From assembly GCF_041956535.1 (NCBI RefSeq), contig NW_027192192.1, positions 1,215,111-1,279,110 on the forward strand: a stretch of 64,000 nucleotides of DNA. Reading direction: 5' to 3'. The position numbers were made by a program, and so were the translations under genes. This document shows positions 1-12,935 of the stretch, piece by piece. Within the stretch, counting starts at the first letter, position 1; each line of letters begins with the position of its first letter. The DNA is from Calcarisporiella thermophila CBS 279.70. Its lineage: Eukaryota > Fungi > Calcarisporiellomycota. The notes beneath the pieces were generated by a model. That model did not search any database, had not been told where the DNA came from, and was given only the letters and a program-made list of their open reading frames with translations.

Positions 1-1099
1 GGTCACGGTTTCTCCGCAAATTTTCTATCGTGACAGAGAACGCTCCTCTGGCGTTCTTCCAGGTGCAATATCCGGGTACTTTGATAGCTAAGCTTTTGAA
101 CTCTAACATAGGGCAATGAGGAGAGCGAAAAAGATAGGCATATTCAAGATTAATTGTAACAAAATCGGGTAGACCAGTCTTGAGGTCAAGTACTGTTCCT
201 CTAAATAGGAAGAAGAATGCGTACATATAGAGGTTTAGTAATAGATACGTGTGACAAAAGTTTGCATTTAGCTTACGCTATAAGTTTATTTGTCATATCG
301 TCAAGAAAACGTCTGACGCTGAGGTTATCAGCATTAAGATGGCCGAAACAACCTGTACAACTGAAACTCGTACCTTTTGTGGTCTTCATCTTAACAAACT
401 CTTTCCTATTATTAGCACCCAAAGATTATACATTGGGAACAAACCAATAAATCAACTCAAATGCACTACCAAGACAGAATGTTTGTGACTTTGCACCAAG
501 GACACTGAACATGGTGACTTATCTGTTCAATGCTTCTCAAGTCAAGTATATATGGCTCTTTTGTGTTCATCTCCCAGAACCTAACTGATTCCGGATCTGA
601 GCAGTTTTCATCAATAGCAATAGCCTCATGCTGGTGTGGCACACATTAATACAATCCTTTAAAAAAAATTGGGAAGACACCCATACCAAGGCTTGGAGCG
701 GAAAATTAATCTCCATCGCATCCGCCTTGTAGAGGCGGATCATGTCCTCAGCATATCGATAGGGAGAGAGCATGTGAGCATGCCATACAAGCGCAACATC
801 TATGAGGTTCTCCCGTTCATGAGCATCAAAAACATATATCTGTAAAACAGAATAGCACGTATACTACCCCAAGGAGGAACTGGAAGCGGGTTCGCTTTCA
901 ACCTGTGGATAATTTGCATCCAGAGAGTGTAGCGGTATTCTGCTCTATTCAAGAATAGCTTATCGAGTTCCTCATTATCCTGGATAGCCATTTGGTAGAA
1001 CTTATGCAGGCACGCTAAATGCATGTGCAGCGACTGTGGAGTCACAACTTCATCTACATTGGTTGTATATGTAAGGGTGTCTCGTTGTGGATGTTCCAT
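1..1099 (-). CDS. Glycine-rich-domain (GRDP/DUF1399-like) fungal protein; multi-exon, 3' end runs off the window
   Basis: Spliced reading LFLNRAEYRYTLW...PVPPW|DVALVWHAHMLSPYRYAEDM matches the PPxDVxxxWHxHxLxPxxY motif of this family. A later exon has a CPWC motif. Confidence 0.65.
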
Positions 1100-1866
1100 T
1101 TGGTGTTCATGGATACCAAAAGAAATGGTCTCGTAGATAGTAGCTTATATAACAAAGAGAATGTGCACTCACCTAGTTGTAATGGCACAATTCGTGTGGC
1201 AAGGTGGAAAGTTTAACCAAATAAGAATAAAGTTTCTTTTATGCTATATACAAGGAATCTGCATATGTTGAGGCTTCAAAGGCTTTTTAATTCCATATAC
1301 TGGTTGCATTCCAGACTAACTCTATCTTCTTTCTCGATATGTTAACTAGGCTGAACTAGCAAAATGTGGCGGTTCAAAGGGCGCTAGTGGACCATTATCG
1401 AACTGCTCTCCTCTATCTGGCTGAAAGACTATAAATTGTATAGTTGAAAGACTTTAAATAGGATTTTAACCGATGCACTTAGACTTAGCAAATTGCTAAG
1501 CATGTATTACTTGACGTACACATAATGTTGATATTTCCCTACTGAGCGTGTTGGTTTATTTCCATAGACTATCTTGGTCTCTCGGATTGATCGATTAGAA
1601 AGGTTTCATTGTTAGCTAGAAAACTGTGGAAATAGAGATGGAGCACCGAGTAAAACTAATCTCTAAACTTTAGGCGATTTGTATTTTTCTTTTTTCTCCT
1701 TCCACTGCTTAGATTTACTTCATATGTTTGCGATGATTTACTAAAATTTTGTCGATAAACTCTCTTTCAACATCAACAACTTTAAATCAAATAAAGATAA
1801 AACAACGGTCACAAATAGGTAAAGAGTCTTTCAGAGTAATTTAGTTGCACACCATAGATAAAAGCC

Positions 1867-2450
1867 TTAGGTTTTTACCATCAACATGTGATCCATCCCT
1901 TCCTCATCAAACATTTCGCCCTCTGCCACATATCCTAGTTGAGCATAGAATGTTACTTTATCATACTGAGAATGTATGGCAAGACGTGATACGCCCCATT
2001 CTTGCCTAGCAATACGTTCGGCCTCGCGCATCAGAATACTTCCGTATCCTCGTCCCCGACACTTATTCAGAACAGCTAGTCGTCCTATTTTTCCCGTTGA
2101 GGGATCTGTTCTATAGATGCGCACATTTCCGACAGGCTCATAAGTTTCAGTTTGACTATTGTATTCGAGACCTAGTAGATGAAGGCTCTCTTCTTCGTGT
2201 CTGCAAAGATTTTAGAATCATTAAGACCAAATTAGATCAAGACACAGAACAGAATGTGAGAAAAGTGGTGTGCAAAGGGGAGAGCCGCACACTCAAAGGA
2301 AGAAAGATGAAAGTTCACTTACTCGTCGATTTCGGATTCAAGAGGAAATTTCTGCTCATGAACGAACACTTCAATTCGTACAAAACGGCATTGCTCAATT
2401 TGTTTGCTTGTTTTTGCGTGTTCGACTATAAACTTGTTTTCTACTGTCAT
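1867..2450 (-). CDS. GNAT N-acetyltransferase (YjcF/ElaA-like), 2 exons
   Basis: Exon 1 reads VRIEVFVHEQKFPLESEID. After an intron, exon 2 reads KIGRLAVLNKCRGRGYGSILM...FYAQLGYVAEGEMFDEEGMDH, with the acetyl-CoA motif RGxGxG. An alternative start lies at 2477. Confidence 0.85.
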
Positions 2451-2668
2451 AGCTTGTGTGGGATCCGCAATATGCATATGTGAATTAAAGGAAGGAATTT
2501 CGTCGAGATTCTACGAGGTATTGAAAATGAAGTGACAGTCACATTTATATTCAGTGTAATTTTAGTTTACTCATCTTGTATTGATGTTTGCATGTGCACA
2601 AAAATCTTTATTTAGGTATAAAAAAAATGGAAATAAACTATTTTACAAGCGATAGAAGGCCAAAAAAA

Positions 2669-4460
2669 TCACAATGGTTCGTTGATTACTCTAAGGATAT
2701 TGAACGTTAAACAAAGGCACATCACAAGCACTCCATATATAAATAGCAAGATGGAGAGTGATTTTGAAGGGTGACTCTCGTTTTCATGGAGCTTCCAGAA
2801 GAATAAGCCTAGTGAAAATAAGCAGTGAGCATTTTCATAGTTACAATTTTTTTGGCTATTCGCTCATACCAGGTAGGATGAATGAAATCATCGTTGACCC
2901 AGTCGAGCCAACAAAGGACAAAACCAAATCCAATTTTGACACTGATATTGCAATCGAAAAGCTACTAAGTAGGATTCCGGCAGTGATGAGCGAGTGTTTT
3001 AGAGAACTAGGAGTATTTGCGGATTTAAACTGTTCTGAATCCGCTGAGCGAAATCTGAGCACTTGGTTTAGAGACGCACGACAAGGGTGTGCTTGCAGAG
3101 GATAAGAGAGTGTAACCAAGACACATATACAAATTTGTCCAATTTTCGTGATTAAACTGGTAGGATCTAATCAGATAAACGATATGGCTAAAATTACTGC
3201 GAAATTCAACGGGTTTAACCAAAATAAAATCTAGGAACTTACACATCATAATTATATTTGGCCGAACATCATTTCCAAAAGAAAAATAGCCAAGGAGCCC
3301 AATAAGAAGATACATCATCGTTGATGAGGTTATTGCGGTTGCGATGACTCTGAGCATATTTGAACGGCTGTTGTCTTTGAGCTCATTATATACAGAGAAA
3401 CCTATCAAGAGGTTCAAAAATTCCGAGTTGTAACTCGTCTAAATAAGTAAATTAACAAATAAACCTCTACTTACAGTTTTGATGGCACGTAAAAGCAAAC
3501 ACGAAAATCGGTAAATTTGTGAAAAAATTAGTTGAAATTCGCACAGCTTGAATGTTTTTTTCAGCCTCGCCATGAAGCCCAGAGGTTGGCACGAAGAAAT
3601 AATATACAACAATAAATAGGAGATAGGCGGCTGCGCTAAGGGCGATGAAACTTGTGTAGCGAAGTGAATCGAGCCTTTTGAAGAAGGAGAGCGGTGCAAT
3701 GATGAGCATGAATATAGCAATCCAGAATCGTCGGTCATTAAATAAGGAATAACCAAGAGAATGTGGGAACATGTGGCTCATGATATCTCCTAATTGCATT
3801 CAACAATATAAATGCTTCAGCTATAATATGATATAGAAGTTATGACCCACCAATAATAATCAAATAACTAATGGATACTCCAAAACATTTCAGCGCGATA
3901 GCCAGATCAAAAAAAACTGCACCTCGAGGAAATGTAAGTTTCGAAACTGCATAAAATGAGGAATGCCGACCTTCTGTTCTGGCTGCGCATCGAGAAAGAA
4001 GATAGAGGCCAAGGCCACTCGCAAATCCCGAAAAGCAGATAAGAATACCACCAGATAGCCATCCTACTGAAGCAATAGCTGATGACTATTGAGAAAACGT
4101 TGGGAAAATCCCAGTCAAGGCATGAATTAATAACTAGGCTAGAATCTGATTCATTCAATTTACCATCGCAAGCATTCCAGTTCCAAGAATAGTATTGCAA
4201 AGATTCACGCTACAACCAAAAAAACTAGCAGTCTCTGGCACACCTGTCACCCCATGCTCAGCATCAAAATCGTCATAATAATCATCACTGATTTCCTTGG
4301 CTGTTTGTGATTCCTCTCGTGTGAGAAGTGGAGACTGATCGGGAGTGTCAAAATGAGATTGTTCTGCCGATATTTCTAAGGGGAAATCTTGACTTGATGA
4401 TGTGGTTTTCGATGATGCTGCTGGCGTCGTGGAGCTTTGAATAGGCGTATAATCCGTCAT
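2669..4460 (-). CDS. Vacuolar amino acid transporter (AVT5/6/7 family, Aa_trans), multi-exon
   Basis: Motifs NLCNTILGTGMLAM, PLSFFKRLDSLRYTS, PIFVFAFTCHQN and LSFVGSTGSTMISFILPG are spread across exons. Confidence 0.9.
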
Positions 4461-4640
4461 GGCTTTATTAATTCAGTCATGAGAAAGAGCGGGGAAAGCA
4501 ATAAGAATTAAGCTCTAAAATTATCAATGATTTTTCATAATATAGAATGAAAGCCGCCACCAAATTTGTGACCGTGCCATAGTTGTTTACTAGAAAATCA
4601 CATAACATCAACTCCATTGCTATTCTCCTTTTATAAAGCA

Positions 4641-6819
4641 ATGAGCAACGATCCTTTCACGGAAGAGGTACACAAAAGAGATCTGGATCATTGTACCATA
4701 GTTGAAGGAGAGAGTACAGTTGAATCCAATTCTTCCAAAAAAATAAAACTGGATCCCACTACTAACCCTCAGGAGCAGCCTATCGAGCAACGAACTCAGG
4801 ACTCTGAAGCAGAGGGCATGTGGTGGAGATTGAGGTTGAAGAATTTGCCTAAATTCACCGATCCAAAATCGCTGAAGAAATACTTGTCCAAAGTTGGAAT
4901 AGAAAATGTTAAGCTGAATAAGGCACCAAAATGGGACTATGCCTTTCTGACTTTTCAGGTGAATGCTCAATATTGTGATAGCAATACATGTCTTCATGTA
5001 TTGCAATTACCCGATACTGTATTTTTCTAATATTCATTGGTAAAACTATCAATATTTCTAGAATGAACAAGAACAGAAGGTAGCAATAGAGAAGCTTAAG
5101 GATGCTGTTATGAAAAAAAATACCCTGCAAGTAGAAGTTGCCAACATGTCTGCAGAAGAGCGAGCGGCGACATTCGACAAACGTGCAACCAAAAAACACG
5201 CAGAGCTCGAGGCAGATACCCGCACCCCCTCGGAAAAGCTGGCAGACCAAGTTACACCTCTTCACAAGTAAGACTTCAATAGCATCGTTGACATTCCCAT
5301 GGTACCCTAATTCAGATTTGAAATTAATAAGATTATCTTATGAGGATCAAATTCAGCAAAAAACCAAATCGATACATAAAGTTCTCTCCGAGTTTAGAAA
5401 GAAAATAAGTGCCCTGACTACCAACGACGAGAATACAAGAGAGTTTTTGGCTTGGGCAAATGGAAAGTAAGTATTTTAGAGAATTTTTATAAATTGACAT
5501 AACTTCTAGTTTGAACTTACAACCCTTTATAATATATAGAAGTGAATTCGGTCAAAATCTCCCATGTGAAGTTCTACCAACCGTTGCATCCCCTGAAACG
5601 AACTTCTATCGAACTAAGTGCGAGTTTACATTTGGACGTAATCTTGCCGGAGATAAAACAGTCGGTTTCTTACTGGGATTGTTTCGTGATGGACTTACCA
5701 CTGTGCTTTCACCCGAGGAATGCCTCCACGTCAGCGAGCCAGCTAAGAAGCTGGCACGAATGATGGAAGAATATGTAAGAGCTTCCGAATACGATGTATA
5801 TGATCGTGTGACCAAACAAGGTAAGCATTAGTGTATTTCTTGATGTAACTTTTTAACTTCATCAAGATTATTAATTTTTCTCAAAGGCACCTGGCGTACA
5901 ATGCTTGTCCGCACGCAACGTACCGGAGAAGTCATGGTAATTGTGCAATTTAGTTCACAAGGAATGAGTGAGCAACAGATCTCGGAAGAAAAAGAAAAGC
6001 TCAAAAAATATTTCCAAAGCGATGCCGAATCGGACAAAGTGAAAGTGTCCACCTTGTTAATTCAAGTAACCACTTCTTCACTGCCAAATATATTGCCAGC
6101 CACACACTCTGATTGTTTTTCTTCTCACATATTAATAGATTTGGGATGGCTTGTCTAACGGCATGACCGACAAAGCTCCCCTCGAAACCCTTTTTGGTCC
6201 AGGCTACGTGCACGAAGAATTGCTTGGTTTCAAGTTCCAAATCTCACCCACAGCATTCTTTCAAGTGAATACCCCAGCAACTGAGTGTCTCTATAGCATT
6301 GTCCGTGATTGGTGTGCCCTTAACGCTAATGGCACCGAGGTTAATAAAACAACCCTTCTTGATCTATGTTGCGGCACTGGCACAATCGGAATTACAATGG
6401 CAAAATCCGTAGAGAAGGTTATTGGAATTGAATTGTGCAGGGAGGCCGTAGAGGACGCTCGGATGAATGCCAAGTTGAATGGGCTGGAGAACACGGAATA
6501 CATTTGCTCGAAAGTGGAAGATGCGCTACACATGGTCAAACGTTTCAAAGATTCTGATTCGGTTGTTGCCGTGTTGGACCCACCTAGATCTGGAGTGCAC
6601 CAAAGCGTTCTCAAAGCAGTACGCTCTTGTAGCGCCCTGAAACGAATCATCTATGTTTCTTGTGATGCGAACCAGGCTCTATCAAATTTCATTAGTCTCT
6701 GTAGGCCAACCTCAAATAACTGGGAAGGAAACCCTTTCAAACCGAAGCGTGCTGTGCCTGTAGATCTATTCCCTCTCACAAAACATTGTGAATTGATAAT
6801 TGAGTTTGAGCGGCAATAA
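4641..6819 (+). CDS. TRM2: tRNA (uracil-54-C5)-methyltransferase, TRMT2A-like with N-terminal RRM; multi-exon
   Basis: Motifs YRTKCEFTFG, FQISPTAFFQVN, LDLCCGTGTIG, LDPPRSG, IYVSC and VDLFPLTKHCE. An RRM-like segment RLKNLPKF...YAFLTF is present. Confidence 0.92.
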
Positions 6820-7030
6820 ATTTTTTCTGTATATTTTAATCTACTTTCTACAAAACTCTTAGTTTGTTGATAATATATTAAGGTATAAGTTTATATAACA
6901 CGTTAGGTTTACACATAGGCTTAGTTGCATAAAGTGATTATAATACAAAAGCGAAAAGAAGCACAGTTAAGGGAACCAGGGGAAATAAAAATGGATATCA
7001 GTAAATTTTAGATACGGGACAATAGTTTTG

Positions 7031-9759
7031 TTATGTCGCTGCCCAAATACAAATACTACGGTCTTTATCAGCTGAAAATATCCGCTCTCCTTGAGGACTC
7101 CATGATACTCCAACGACACATGCGCTAATTAAGAAATTATTCAGCGAGTCTTATATAAAGTTTGTCAAATCTAAATGATAACTCACGCATGTTCCTTCAA
7201 TGATCTCTCGACTTGTCCATTCAGTATATTCCAAACAAATAAGGTGCCGTCCATTGAGCCAGCGGAAGCATATTTACCATCAGGACTGTAATTAATAAAA
7301 CGAGGGTTAGAATGCGAGTATAATGATTGTTACTCTATACAGTACCTAGTACAAGCACGCGACCAATTGAGACCAGTAGTATATCCATCCGCTCTTTATT
7401 AAAAAACATAAGCAATATGCAAACCATATTTTGAATTTAATCGTAACTTTTAAATATACTAAATTCAACTTACTGTAGTGTTTTTACAACTCCGTATGTC
7501 CGTAAGTCCACAACTTTAAGAGAATTGTCCCGCGAATTCGTAAGCAATTTTGATCCATCTGTAGCAAGTAATGGATTTAGAATAAAAAGTAAAACGAATG
7601 AACTAGAAAATTACCTGGGGTTACATATACGGAAGTTATCTGGCTAGAATGAATGCCAGATAGTTCTTTTATGCAATTACCAGTCCGAATGTCCCAGAAC
7701 CGTACGTTATTATCCAAATGACCGCTGATGATAGTAGATCTAAGTAATATGAGTTGATAGAGTTAGAGTATGAAGGATTCGTAGGATGAAAATTGCTAAA
7801 ATACCCATCGCTATCCATTAGGCAAACATCATTACAGCTTGAGTAAGTGAATATGGTCCGAGTACCTAAATGTAATGATAAAATATAAATACCGGCGATA
7901 TGTAAGAGAAATATATTCAACTTACAATAACCCTTATGCAAATCCCATACTTTTATTGTGCGGTCATGGCTACCAGTAATGACTTTAGTGGTATCAGAGG
8001 TAAACCGTGCAGAATACACTTTGCCAATATGGCCTGTAAGTGTGTGCTAACAAAAAAATAGATTATAGATACATTGAGAGATAATGGTTAGAATCTTCGG
8101 CAATATTGAATAACATACCCGAATTCTACCAGATCCTATATGCCAAAGTCTGCATGCAGTATCATTTGAGGCACCAATTACTAGTTCATCAGTTGAATTA
8201 AACGCAACACACATGACAGATTGCATCGATCCTGTTAATGTGGTTATGAGCTCGCCTGTAGATAATATAACTTGTTCATATAAAAAGTAGAGTGACAATC
8301 AACGAGACGAATATAATTACCCGTTTTAGAATTGAATATCTTAATCTTTTTATCGCTACTCCCCGTGGCAAACAGGGTTCCATCGGAAGACGTCTGAACC
8401 GTGTTAATTTCGGCATCATGCGCACACTGTAAAAATAAATTATGTTAATACATCACTTTCCCCAGTAACCGAATTTTGAAGATAAATACAAAGCGTATGG
8501 AAGCAGAATTAGGAAGCTGAGCTTGTGCAAAAAGCACACTGCCTCGATGTGTTCTGTCAAATCCAATGGAAAAATTAAATTGGGATGAGCAATTTGTCGG
8601 TATGAATAACAAAACTTACTCCGTCCTTCCGTCTTTTAATTCCGGGACAGCAGACATGGACATTGAGCGTGTATGTAGAGTCTTAGAACCTTTTCCCCAT
8701 AATTTATTAGTCCAACTGCCACTTGGTGGAGAAGATCTTTGTTGTGCCTCAATTGTGCTGAAAAAACAGGTTAGAAATACACATACATTTATATTAAAAT
8801 ACACTTTACCCTTACCCCTCATAAATCCTATTCGCTTCGTTCATTTTTTCTGCTTCATCGTTCATTTTTTTTAGCCAGCGACGAACCAATTGCCCATTTT
8901 CCGCTTCCACGGTTTTTAAACGCTCTTCTTTCTTCAGTAATTCTAGATGCAATGCAGCTAGTTCATCTTGTAAAATCTTAATATGCAATATATTAATGTT
9001 ATATAAACAGATACACCTTAGGTTGAAATAAGTTATTACCTGAATCAGCCCATCTTTTTCCCGTAAAAGCTCCTTCTGCTGTTCATTTTGCTTCGATAGT
9101 GCTTTATATTGCTCGGTCAACGTTGAAATCCTAGTAGATAAAATCGTCAATTTCATTCAGAATTTATAAAAAATGAGATCGAAAACTCACTGGGCACCAT
9201 TCTGCTTTTCTCTCTGTTCATAATTACGTATGGCATCATTCATATCAACTAATCTTTGTGCATTCTGGCCTTGAGTTTTATATAATTCAGCCCGCTCTTC
9301 CTTGAGACTTGCTACTTGGCCTTCAAGTTCTGTTATGCGCTTCAAATTTTCTGGGCTTCTATATTTAATAAAAGAATAAAAATTCATATAGCGCATGAAG
9401 TTAATGCAATCCTAGTAAATTACAAAATTTGAAAGGAAATTCTAACCCAATTTCGCGTAAACTCTTAAGCTCTGTCAATAATTTTTCGTTCTCATGCCTA
9501 AGAGATTTTAATTCCGCTTCTATTTCCGCATTTCTAGCAGTCCAAACTTGAGCACGCTTTGTCAACATTGTATCTTATAGGCATAAAAAAAAACCTCAAT
9601 TAATGACAAAAAAGAGGGAAAAAAAAAAAATGCTTAAAAAATTGGTAAAAACTTACAATCCTCTACTATAATAGATAGTAACTTCTCCTTCACATCTCGA
9701 GCTTCTAATTGCTTTATTAAGTGTTCTTGCCACGAAAATGTGCGCGATTCAGTCTCCAT
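7031..9759 (-). CDS. ATG16: Autophagy protein 16 with C-terminal WD40 propeller (ATG16L-type), many exons
   Basis: N-terminal WQEHLIKQLEARD helix. Coiled coil ERAELYKTQGQNAQRL...LQDELAALHLE...ENGQLVRRWLKKMNDEAEKMNEAN. WD40 repeats GSHDRTIKVWDL, SSCNDV, SGHLDNNVRFWD. Confidence 0.9.
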
Positions 9760-9975
9760 TTAGCACTAATTGTTACAGTTAGGGACTCTCCCACCGCTTT
9801 ATAGGTAATTTGGTGGCGAGGATAAAGCGACTTGCTGCGCCTCTAAATTTTAAGTCTAATACGGAAAAAAATAAACACTTAACGGCAAGCTGAGCACACA
9901 AAAGAACAGTGGACTGAAGAAGCAGAACACGTTATACCTATACTACTAAATGTTCTATAGAATATACTTCTTGGA

Positions 9976-11106
9976 ATGAGGAGGCTGAATTTTCATGTAT
10001 TGGGCTCTGGTGCCATAGGAAGCCTGCTAGCATTTCACTTAAGAAAGGCTCAACACGAAGTTACATTATTACTAAGAGATGCAAGATCGCTAGCTGCATT
10101 TCAATCCCAAGGCAGTCAGCTCATTTGTGAATCTGACGGCGTCGAGCTTAAAGCGAATGGATTCCATGCAGAAGCAATTCAATTACCAACAAGATTACCA
10201 CAAAGATACACCAAGTCGGCAATAACACAGGCTGAAGATACTGGAGGTACAATTCAACGATTGCTAGTGTGTACAAAAGCACATGATACAATTGCTGCTG
10301 TTCGTCAGTTACGAGAACGAATATCCTCAAGTGGAACTATAGTTCTTCTCCAAAATGGGATGGGTGTATGTGAAGAAGTGTGCAGTTTATTTCCTGACGA
10401 GATTACAAGGCCTAATATAGCGCTTGCAACAACAACTCACGGAAGCTTCCGCAAAAACCCGTTCCATGCTGTGCACGCGGGTAAAGGGAGTATTTGGCTT
10501 GCTGCCGTGCCAAGACCAGAACCCAATCCTTCCATTCTACAGTCAACCGACTTGAGAGAAAATATTGAGCGATTAAGAGCACTTCAATCCCAGTCTCTGG
10601 CAACCACAATAGAGGCGCTCAAAAACATCCACGAGCTGGACGTTATGGAAGAGCATTTTACTCTACTACAAGATCGACTCTTGGAGAAACTTGTAGTAAA
10701 TGCATGTATCAACCCTCTAACTGCACTGATGAATTGCCGCAATGGCGACCTACTCAATATACGATCCACTCATGAACTCACTCGTTCTATTTGCAAAGAG
10801 GCCTCTGAAGCCATTATCGCAAGTCGAATGCCGTCTGCTGATGCTCTCAATCGATTTCTACCGGATAGATTACATAAATATATAGGGGAAGTGTGTCGAT
10901 CAACCGCATCCAATTACTCCTCTATGCTGCAAGATATACGAAAGGGTAGCTACACGGAAATTGATTACATCAACGGATATTTGTATCGCCTTGCGGCACA
11001 ACATGGCGTTCAGGCACCAGTTAACTTAGCCTTATGGAGACTAGTGAAGACGAAACATAAAATCGATTGCAAACACCGTGAACGCTCTGGAGGCATCAAG
11101 CTGTAA
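9976..11106 (+). CDS. PAN5: 2-dehydropantoate 2-reductase (ketopantoate reductase), intronless
   Basis: Motifs VLGSGAIG, LLQNGMG, KLVVNACINPLTAL and NYSSMLQDI...TEIDYING. Confidence 0.92.
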   Translation: MRRLNFHVLGSGAIGSLLAFHLRKAQHEVTLLLRDARSLAAFQSQGSQLICESDGVELKANGFHAEAIQLPTRLPQRYTKSAITQAEDTGGTIQRLLVCTKAHDTIAAVRQLRERISSSGTIVLLQNGMGVCEEVCSLFPDEITRPNIALATTTHGSFRKNPFHAVHAGKGSIWLAAVPRPEPNPSILQSTDLRENIERLRALQSQSLATTIEALKNIHELDVMEEHFTLLQDRLLEKLVVNACINPLTALMNCRNGDLLNIRSTHELTRSICKEASEAIIASRMPSADALNRFLPDRLHKYIGEVCRSTASNYSSMLQDIRKGSYTEIDYINGYLYRLAAQHGVQAPVNLALWRLVKTKHKIDCKHRERSGGIKL

Positions 11107-11378
11107 ATTAGTTTTATTATTCTTTATTAAATAATTACATCGTGTATAAATTATATCATATTGAGAAATCGCGCCTCTTTATTTCTTTTCCTTTTAATTT
11201 ACTGATTATAGAAAGATTGCTTTTCGTCTCAATAAAAATGCAAAATTCCATAATGAAAGTGAACACGATCTAACACAATAAATTTGGCAACAAAAAAAAT
11301 AATCTTACTATGCAAAAAAACACTAAATTCTGTTAAATACAAAGCACTTGCCTAGCGTTTCACAAAACACATAGACTC

Positions 11379-12311
11379 TCACTCCTCGTGAACACTGCGT
11401 TCTAATTCCGCGCCTAATAAATACCCATAATCATGAAATAAAATCATAAAAGCGGGCAAAAGAGTATGTATTACGTTTTCGCACTTCTTCTGCATGCTTC
11501 TCATGCTGTTCAAATTTTGCGTGCTTGGCATCGTGTGCCAATTTTCGTCTCTCCTCGGCTGCAGCCAATTTCGCCTCAAGTTCCTCCAGTGTGTGAGTAC
11601 TATGAGCAAAACTGGTGAATATGTGTGCATTATTCCAAAAGCTAGTGAATATATACCTCTCCTGGTGTTTAACTTGGAGCTTACTCAACTCATCCCTTAT
11701 TTTACTAATTCTTTCTTCTTCTAGAGCCTTAACGATAAAAAAAATTTAAATAGATAACCGATATTAAAACAACTAGAGCCACGAACTTTCCGACGTTGCT
11801 CTGCAGCAGCCAGCTTTTCTTCAAGTTCTCTCTTTTCCTTATCACTTCGAAAATCAATAGCCTTGGAGATTTGATATATTTTAGAGGATAATAGCCAATT
11901 TTACCTTTCTTTTACTAATTGCTCGCGACGCATTTCGATTTCATTCCTGCGCTCTTCGAGCTTCTCCAACTTCGCTCGTTGCTATTATTGTTCGACATTA
12001 TTTTTTCCATATAAAATTATTGGGTACTCTTAGGATTATACTTGTTCATTTTTACGGTTTTCCGCATCTTCCAATTTTTTTTGAAGTTGCTCTTCTGTGA
12101 GGCTAGATATGTCCAAAATAACGATATTTTTTAATTTTACAGCATTTAAATGTCTAATAATGTTGGAGCGTAATTTCAAATACAAATAATATACACACAT
12201 TTTACGAGTCTCTCCTTGTAAACGTTTCAACAAATTTTTGGGTGGATGAATTTCATGCTTCTCAGCTTCGGGATTAGGTTCATTTGAGATAGCTTGAGAC
12301 GAATTGTCCAT
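11379..12311 (-). CDS. Stathmin-like repeat coiled-coil protein, 179 aa, 7 exons
   Basis: Exons 12311-12199, 12102-12042, 11981-11905, 11844-11787, 11727-11657, 11599-11475 and 11413-11379 join with GT-AG introns into a 540-nt ORF. It has three LxxKLxxAExRR/K repeats and a KHAEEVRK end motif. Confidence 0.7.
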
Positions 12312-12935
12312 GGAAGATAAAAACTGGAAAACGAATATATTTTAAAATGGGAACAATAGGCTGTTTAATGGTTGATGGGATAAAATGGGAAACATCTTTG
12401 GCTGAAATTTCTCTCCCCTCTTTAAATTTCTTCCAAGCCCTCAGAGGCGAAAAACTTGTTGGAGCCCAGCGCTTGGTGCATAATAAAACGGACATATTAA
12501 TAGTATCAGAAACTGTTTAGCCAGATTTTGGCTAAAATTTATTGGAGCAGAGCGATTGAGCTCAAATAACGTTACAGTTAATTCCGAAAAATTATATCGC
12601 TCAAAACTACTGAAGGTTTAGATATTAAACTAATCGCTGTAAAAACATGCTTCTAGCCTACTCTTTTTTATATCTTTTCCTGAGTTGAATGTCGATAGTT
12701 AAAAGTTTTTATCCCAATTTTAATATTTCAATAGATAAAGCACATTTGTGCACATCTACCTCTACATCTTGGAAAGTTTCGTTTTTATGTGACAATATTA
12801 ATAGCAAAATGTTAATGCTTTGTTTATTCATACAGGTTAGCTCCAAATAACAATTTGGCAATCGGTAACCACATACACATTTCTTATTTACTTTTCAAGA
12901 TTTAAAAAAAAATAGTGAGCATTCATATCTAATCA

